A stretch of DNA of 64,000 bases from Clostridiales bacterium (GTDB lineage: Bacteria; Bacillota; Clostridia; Oscillospirales; CAG-382), in contig QAKH01000071.1 of NCBI GenBank assembly GCA_003343885.1, positions 7,357 to 71,356 on the forward strand. Reading direction: 5' to 3'. The notes beneath the pieces are model-generated. The model searched no databases and was not told the DNA's origin. It worked only from the letters and a program-made list of their open reading frames with translations. This document shows positions 17,710-26,100 of this stretch, in pieces; position 1 is the first letter of the stretch, and each line of letters begins with the position of its first letter. The position numbers were made by a program, and so were the translations under genes.

Positions 17710-19824
17710 GTGGAGCTGATGAATGAGAACGAAAAAATCAGTATGAAAAACAGAGCCGCCGTTTCTTTCGCTTATAAAAACGTCTACGAATCGATGGAAG
17801 GGCATACAGTCGGCGGCAGTATAAACGCAATACTTGCGTTTTTGAACGAAAAAGAGAGAGTTGACGCCGAGTTATCATTAAACGAACAGCTCCGGTTTAT
17901 TGATGAACACCTGCATATAAAGAATTTTTACGTGGAGCTGGATAAGGATTGGAATAAAAACGTATCGCTACCTATGCTCGCCCTGAAGACAAACGGCGAA
18001 TATGCCGTGGTTTTGCCCGGCTGTGACGGCTCCGCAATACTTGCCGATACAAAAAAGAAAATAAATGACAGAGATAAGTTGCAGTATGAGGATAGAGCTC
18101 TGTGTTTTTATAAGGTTTTTCATAAGCAGAAAATTTCAAAAAGAGATTTAATAGGGTTTATTTTTAAATCTTTGTCGGCAAAAGAGCTTGTTATTATTCT
18201 TGCTGTAAGCGTTTTCACCATATTGTCCGGCTTGGTCGTGCCGTGGGCGAATCGATTTATTTATGATAAGGTTGTGCCTACCGGAAATACTTCTCAGGTG
18301 TTTCCTGCGGCAGCATTAATGTTTTCAACAATTTCAGTTGCCGCAATTTTTAGGATTCTTCAGTCTTTCATTATTACCAACTGTACTCTCAGAATGAACG
18401 CTTATGTGCAAAGCGGAATATACGACAGATTGTTGAGTATGAAACCGGGCTTTTTCAAAAATACAAAATCCGGTGAAATATCAAAAACAGTTATGGAATT
18501 TTCAAATCTGTCAAAAGTTTTTTCAGTGCGAAGCATAACTGCCGTAATAAGCATGGTGCTGTCCGCAGCCTACCTTTTTCAGATAAATTATTACGCACCC
18601 AACCTGTTGGGATTTGTAATACTTCTTGCGGCAGTCATATTGGTATTGGTGGTTGCGGAAGGATATTGCAGTATTCGTTGGCAGAATGATTACGTTGTCT
18701 CTATGTCGTCAATGTCAGGATTTTGCTTTGAGATGTTTTCCGGTATGGAGCAAATAAAGCTCAACGGTGCGGAAGCAAGATTTTTCAGACGTTGGAGCGA
18801 ACACTATGCGCAAGTGTCGCAAAAAGAAAATATGCCGTTTTTGCTTAAATATGCAAGCGTGCTGTGCAGATTTATATTGGTGTTGGCAACGGCAGTCATT
18901 TTCCTTATGGGAAAAGATTTGACTCTTTCGGAATACATAGCTTTTTCCGCCGCATACGGAGCATTTATCGCTGCATTTATGAAAGGCGGGGAAGCGGTAG
19001 AGATAATTACTGCTTTCCGGAGCGCATATAAAATAGCAAAACCGATTTTTGACGGAGAGTGCGAAGACAGTGAATCGGAAAAGCTCAAGCCGTCGGAGTT
19101 TAAAGGTAATATAACGGTTTCAAAATTGACTTTCTCTTATGACGATAATCAAAGAAACGTAATAAACGACTTGTCGCTTGAAATAAAAAAAGGTCAAAGT
19201 ATCGGAATTGCCGGAACGTCAGGCTGCGGAAAGTCAACATTTTTAAGACTTCTGCTCGGATTTGAAAGACCGGATTCCGGAAGCATTTATATAGATGATT
19301 TTGATTTGCGTGAACTTGATTTGAAAAATTACAGAAAACACCTTGGCGTAGTTCTTCAAAATTCAAGTTTAATTTCAGGCGATATATATGCAAACGTAGC
19401 AATGATGAAGCCGGACGCAGGTGCGGAAGAAGTGTGGAGGGCTTTGGAAACAGCCGGATTAAAGGAAGAGGTCATGAACCTTCCGCTCGGACTCAGAACG
19501 CCTTTGAGCGAAGACAATTGTATTTTGTCCGGTGGTCAGAAACAAAGAGTTTTAATTGCGCGCGCGGTATTGAACAAACCGGATATTTTAGTGCTTGACG
19601 AAGCTACTTCCGCTCTCGATAACATAACGCAGGAAGCCGTAATGGAAAACTTAAATAAGATAAACTGTACCAAAATATTTGTTGCTCACAGGCTGTCTAC
19701 ACTGCAAAACTGTGACTGTATTTATGTCTTTGATAAAGGTACTATTGCAGAATACGGAAACTACGATACCCTGATGCAAAAGAAGAATGTGTTCTACTCA
19801 TTGGTTGCTAATCAGATGATTTAA
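17710..19824 (+). CDS. ABC exporter with a non-catalytic N-terminal domain (NHLM-type ABC2-like)
   Basis: No Cys/His C39 motifs are present in the first ~150 aa. The rest is a TMD plus an NBD with GTSGCGKST, LSGGQKQR and VLDEATS. It starts 2 nt after the PCAT gene. Confidence 0.85.
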   Translation: MELMNENEKISMKNRAAVSFAYKNVYESMEGHTVGGSINAILAFLNEKERVDAELSLNEQLRFIDEHLHIKNFYVELDKDWNKNVSLPMLALKTNGEYAVVLPGCDGSAILADTKKKINDRDKLQYEDRALCFYKVFHKQKISKRDLIGFIFKSLSAKELVIILAVSVFTILSGLVVPWANRFIYDKVVPTGNTSQVFPAAALMFSTISVAAIFRILQSFIITNCTLRMNAYVQSGIYDRLLSMKPGFFKNTKSGEISKTVMEFSNLSKVFSVRSITAVISMVLSAAYLFQINYYAPNLLGFVILLAAVILVLVVAEGYCSIRWQNDYVVSMSSMSGFCFEMFSGMEQIKLNGAEARFFRRWSEHYAQVSQKENMPFLLKYASVLCRFILVLATAVIFLMGKDLTLSEYIAFSAAYGAFIAAFMKGGEAVEIITAFRSAYKIAKPIFDGECEDSESEKLKPSEFKGNITVSKLTFSYDDNQRNVINDLSLEIKKGQSIGIAGTSGCGKSTFLRLLLGFERPDSGSIYIDDFDLRELDLKNYRKHLGVVLQNSSLISGDIYANVAMMKPDAGAEEVWRALETAGLKEEVMNLPLGLRTPLSEDNCILSGGQKQRVLIARAVLNKPDILVLDEATSALDNITQEAVMENLNKINCTKIFVAHRLSTLQNCDCIYVFDKGTIAEYGNYDTLMQKKNVFYSLVANQMI

Positions 19825-20064
19825 CAAGGATTAAACGAAATACAACGACAAACGTCAGCTTCTGAAAAAAGGAAAATCGCCGAGATATGCATTGATGAAA
19901 CAGAAACGCAGGAAAACATAATAGGAATACCGGAATATGACTCGACTTCAAACTGCTTAAAAATTAACATAACAGACGGCCTGCATAACGAAAACGGTAT
20001 AACATTTATAAGTATTGAGGATATCGTAAAGTTAAGCGTCGACGCACAGGAAAACAGAATTTAA
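19825..20064 (+). other. 79-codon open frame with no ATG/GTG/TTG, continuing in frame directly after the ABC2 TAA stop
   Basis: I read this codon by codon. QGLNEIQRQTSASEKRKIAEICIDETETQENIIGIPEYDSTSNCLKINITDGLHNENGITFISIEDIVKLSVDAQENRI is followed by TAA at 20062-20064. Confidence 0.25.
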
Positions 20065-20156
20065 AAGCAAAATAAATATAAATTACTTGATATGTTTGTA
20101 TTGTGAAAACTTAACATAGAGAAAATCCAAAACATTAAATAGAAAGGATAAATTTT

Positions 20157-23100
20157 ATTAAATTTTTAGCCAAACGTTTGACCGGTATCGTCCTGATACT
20201 CAGTATGCTGCTGCCGGAGTTCGCAACAATGGCCGTAGTCCAGGACTCGCCTCAGTCTAATGAGTCGTCCCAGATTTCTTTTTCCGCCTCAAAGTATACG
20301 GCGATGGAAAATGAAGGCGAGTTTGAAATTACCGTTGTAAGAGAGGGCAATACAGACAAGAGTATAAGCGTGGCCTTTAAGGCGGCGGATTTTCTCGCGG
20401 AGTACGGCGTTGACTACTTGGTTTACGATTCCGACGGCGTACAATTGCCTCTTACTGAGGGAATAGCACCGGACGCGGAAGATTTTAAGCCGGTTGGCAG
20501 CGGCGAAACAGACAATGTCGAACTAAGCGGAAATTCCGGTTCTGCCTTTGAACTTGATGGTGTCGAAACAACTGAGGAATTTGCCGCAGGCTCGTCATAC
20601 GCAGGACCTGATAATTGGTTGGCAGATAATACAGAGGATCAAATTGAAACAGAAAATAATTCCACACCTGCCGAAGTTGATAAAAACAATACATCGCAGA
20701 CTACAAGGAAAGATTCCGGTTCTTCTCTAATGAATGCACAGGCGGAATATTTGGATTTGCCGGACGAAAATTTAAATGAAATTTCTTCCATCGAGAATGC
20801 GCTTGAAGACGTTCACGAATACTTTGAAAGCGCGCGCGGTGCAATGGGTATTATTACATTCGAGCCCGGAGAAACCGAGAAAACCTTTACTGTGGAACTT
20901 ATCGACAACAGTAAAGCTCAGGCGGATAAAGTGGTTCTCTTTGCTCTTATGGGCGTAAACGGTGACGAAAACACACTTATCGAAGCAAACCCGACGGCGT
21001 ACCTTACAATTATTGATGATGAAAAATACGAAACGCCTGTCATTTACCCGGAATTTAACGAGATTACTTTAACAGAAGATGAAAGTGCGTATTCATTAAA
21101 GCTCTTGAGGGAAGAGGGCGTTGATTATTACACTTCGGTTACCGTCTATACCGTTAAGGAAACCGCTGCTGAAGGCGTGGATTATGACAGAATAGATAAT
21201 GTAAAAATATCTTTTGTTCCCGGAGAAACCGAGAAAACGGTAAATGTAACTGCTAAAGCTTTTGATAAAGATTCGTCGTTCGGAATAAGAATTGAGGGCG
21301 ACGAAACGTGCCGTGTTGATAATGAGTACGTTAGAGTTTATATACAAGCCTCCGAAGAAACCGTATCGGAATCCGGAGAAGTAACCGAAGTAGAACTTAT
21401 GGGCGAAAGAGCCGTTAAGTATGCCGGAAGCGCAACTACTACCACGACGCTGAATGAACTTGGACTTGTTACGGGACCGACAACAGGAAGCCAGGACGGC
21501 TGGTCAAGAAAATCATATAACTCGTCGAGTAAATGGTATGACTACGGTCTTTACGAAACATATAAAAACAGCGGCAGAACATGGATTTCGAGTCAACCGA
21601 CCGATTTGACCGGCGTAAACTATGTCAATTTTCCTCATCAGAATATCGGTGAACACAGCTTCGGCTGGGGAAATTACCACCTGTTTATAGAGGCTCTTTC
21701 CGACGGTTATCAGTTGAGATCATATTATTCTAATCCGCAGGCTGCAATCCCCACCGTCTACGATAACCATGGCTGGACATATACAGATATGGACGTGAGA
21801 AACCTTAACGGAGTGCATTACTTCAGATTCGGCGGCAGAAATGACGGAACTGCAGCGGATAACTTTGAGGTGTGGTTCGGAAACCCCGTTACATTCAAAT
21901 GGCGCCTGATAACTTTTGACACTGCGCATTCTCCGCAGTATTTTGAGCGCTTTTCCTATGATTATGACACCAAGACCGGACAGAAAACAAAAATACCGTT
22001 TACTGACGGAGGAAATGATTACGTTTATTATCCGGGCGAAATATACTTGGCAGATAACAGCGGAAACCGGATAACAGGTTTTTACGGAAACGCAAATACA
22101 TTTATTAAACCGGTTGCAAAAAATGCTGCGGCTAATGAGAAATTAGGAATTGAACTTGAAGGCGTTTACCTGTACGTAAAAAACGATTCCGAGCTTTACA
22201 ATAAGAATTTAAAGGCACCGTTTGACGATATATGGACTACCGACAAAACTGTGTGGATTCCGTCGTCCGGAGTAACTCTCAATCAAGAGTTCCAAAGGCA
22301 GCTTTTCAGCGTGTTTGGAAATAACCTGACATCTGTTAAGGTTATGCCGAAATATAAGCAGAGAGAAGTAAAATTAAACCTGTATAAGGCAGATAATGAC
22401 GAAACATATATCGCTAATATGGATGATAATACAGACGGAGCGGATATTGCCGACGGAGCGTATTATTACATAAAGAGTTTAAACAGTAACTGGTATCTGG
22501 CTGATTACAGTGAAGGAATTTATTTGTCAAGTCTGCAGAACAGAATACCGATTAGTGTGATTCAGAGCTATAAGATTGACAAATACACGAAGTGGAAACT
22601 TGTTTCGACCGGCGACGGTTACTACAATATTGTCCATGTAAACGGATACTATCTTGACGTCAGAGGTGCCGCGACTGCAAACGGCACGAGAATACAAACG
22701 TATGAGAGCAACGGAACCGACGCTCAAAAGTTTAAACTTCAAAAGCTAAGCGACGGCTCATATGTTATTTATACTAAAGTGTCCGGCAATAAATCGTGCG
22801 TAGACGTGTCCGATTACAGCACAAAAGCCGGTGCGAATGTTCATGAGTGGCAGTATAACGGAACAAGCAACCAGAAATGGATTCTTGAAAATGTGGAAAA
22901 TTTTGTGCAGTATTCTTTCCCTATAAATTCAGTAATAAAAATGAGGGCAGAGGCTGCGCCTAAAAAGACTATCACAGGATTTACCCTTGTCGGCGCAAGC
23001 GGAACACGTCCGTATACCGACGATAATGCCCCGGAAAAGATTTCTTTAACCATCACCGAGAATACGAATCTCTATCCTAAAACTGAAGCTCAGGGAATGA

Positions 23101-26100
23101 ATGTCGCGTATATGCCGGGCGCGCTTAATAAGCCTTCCGACCTTACAAATGTGGTTTACCGCATGCCGTCCGTCGTTGACGCGGAAACTACAACAGAAAC
23201 TACGGACAAAAACGGAGATTTGAATATTGAAACCGTTTATTCCGGCATGCAGTGGATAATGGCAGTAAATGCTCCTGAAGGAAAAATTGTCAAGTGGACA
23301 AACGGAACCGGCGACATAAAGAACGTAAACGGCGCAATAGACGTAAGCCCGGATCCTACCATCAATGAAAAGAACGAAAATACCGATTTCGGTTTAAACA
23401 GAGGCCTTTATTCACCGGTATACGGAAATGTTATGGCAGGCACTATCCTTCAGAACAATACAAAGTATTACTATGAGTTCGAGGATATCAACAGTGAGCA
23501 AGAAAAGAGGATAAGGGGGCAGATATACCGTGAAAACGGAACTTTCCGCGACATTGTGCTCGGAAATGAACTCGGCATGGAGCCGCTGTCCAATTCCATA
23601 ATAAATGTTGCGGGAACTGCCGGAAATACCGATTCAAACGGATATTTTGACATGACTGTTACCGGTATTCCGATAAGCGGATACGTAAGCCTTGTAATAA
23701 CCGATCCCGAAAGCGGCACGACGTATACGACAACTGCGCTTGCGAACTATATGTACGCAGTGCTCCCGGCATATGAGTGTTTCAAGCCGGCGGCACTCAG
23801 CGTTGTGTACGGCGAAAAAACACATACCATATCAGGTACGGCGGCTAATATCTATGACGATACGCTGACAGTCATCGCTTCGGTAGACAACTGCGGACAG
23901 CTTGTCGCAAGAGAAGTAAAGTTTTATATTGTCAAAAATAACGGTATAACTATCGATTGCGCATTAGACTCACGTTTTAAAATCAGTTTTGCCAACGGAA
24001 CCGCATCTCTTGAATTTAATCCCATGTCTGTAATGGATACCGGAGATAAAATATACGTGTCGTTTGTCGATCAGAACGGCAAGGAATATAAGAAGATGGA
24101 TATTGGCTACGACTTTGTCAAACCGCTGTCGCTTAAGGAATTTTTATTCCCGCTTATAGGCAGCTCGCTGATAGAAGATATATATGAGTCAGATATTGTC
24201 ACGGAACTTATAGGCGATCCGCTCGGCGATATTTCACTTGGCAAAATCGGCTTTGACGATCCGGTAACGAGTACCATTCTTCCTCCCGGCATTGACGACA
24301 CGCAGTATGAGTATATACGCTCAATCTATAAGTACGGCGATTTCAATCAGGCGCTGAAAACCTTTAAGTCAAAGGAAACTGAGGACAAAGATCAAGCGAC
24401 CGAGGGCAATAAGAGCGAAACGACTGCCGATAATCTGAAGGACGCCGCTAATGAGGCAGGAAAAGACACGCAGGACGCTGCGTATAAAACTCAAAATTCG
24501 TTTACTTGGGAATTTTCAGTAAAGGCGGCTTTCGGATTCTGTATAACAACAAGACAGGACGAGGATGGCGAGTACAGATATTACTTTGAGGAACTCGATT
24601 TCCTTGTCGGAGCTGATTATGACGTTGACGGCGAGGTGACAATAACGCTGCCGATAGGTATGAATGTTATTGTAAGCGGTAAGCTTTCCGGAGATGTAAC
24701 CGGTATCTATCAGCTTAAAACGGACTATACCGGAGATCCGACCTGGTCGAACAATAAAGTAGAGTACAGCACAGAGTCTTTCGGACTGTTTAAGGAAATT
24801 GACAACGTAAACCGCTACGTGTACTTAATGTTGAATCCGAATATCAGAATAGGACTTGACCTTAATTATTCGATAGTTACCGTCGGCGGCGGAGCAAACT
24901 TCAGCTTTGACATGGACTTCCGCTTTGGTCTCAATAAAAACAAGATGACGACCAAGATGTACGGAGACATGACATACTGGTTCGACTATCATGTAAAGGT
25001 TCTCAGCTTTAATGTGTATGAGGGAAAGACGGAGGAAAGTACAGTAAAGCTCTTCAGTCAGAACGCAAACGGTCACTTTGACCCGGATATAATGGAGGGA
25101 CTTTTAAATCCTGACGGCGGCGAAGCCGAACTCTCTTCAACCCTTATGTCACGTGACTACCTTGAAAATTCAACGGAGTTCTCGGGAGATAGTTTTGTTG
25201 ACCTGTATGATATAGACGCGGCTGACGGAACTGTCGAGCAGGTACTTCAGAACGGAGTTTATCCGGACGCAAAGTATAAGGCAGTTGTAACCGGAGAAGA
25301 TACAGCATTACTAGTGTTTATAGGCGACGTGCCCGACAGAAGCGCGGCAAACAGAACAGGACTTTATTATTCTGTCTATGACGGCGCAAAATGGTCGACA
25401 CCGGTCCTTGTAGACGACGACGGAACACTCGATGATTATCCCGAAGCGTTTGACCTTGGCGACAAGGTACTGATTGCCTGGTCATCCGCAGACCGTGTGC
25501 TTGATGACGGCGTAACCGTACAGGAGGCACTTACTTCACTTGATATCAAGACAGTGTTCTATGATAAAGAAACCGGCGAGTTTGACGATGTCGTAAGACT
25601 TACGCATACTACAGAGCAGGACTATACAGCAGATGTTATGCCGAAAGCGGCGTATGATGAAAGTACCGGAAAAATAATTTTGTATTATACCAAAACTGAG
25701 TATAATGAAGCTGTTACAACAGAAGATTTACTTGGAAATCCGGCGTGGGAGTCAGAAGAATCGTCAGGAAGCCCGTCGGTAATAGCGTACAGATTTTATG
25801 AGAACGGAACTTGGAACGGCGCTGAGGACTATACGGATGAGGAACTCGAAGGAGTAGCCGACAAGGAGGCGTATAAGGAAAACTGGTATGGCCAGCGCTT
25901 CCTTGACACAAGACTTAATAAAGACAGCGGCGAAATGCTGAGAATTGTTGATACCGACGCTATCTCCTATAACGGCTTGTCGATTTACGCTTGGACTGTC
26001 GACTACGATAAGGACCTGAATACTACCAATGACCGGGATGTTTTCATGCAGATATATAACTTTGATGAAAACAGCTTTACACACGTTATCCGCGTCACGG

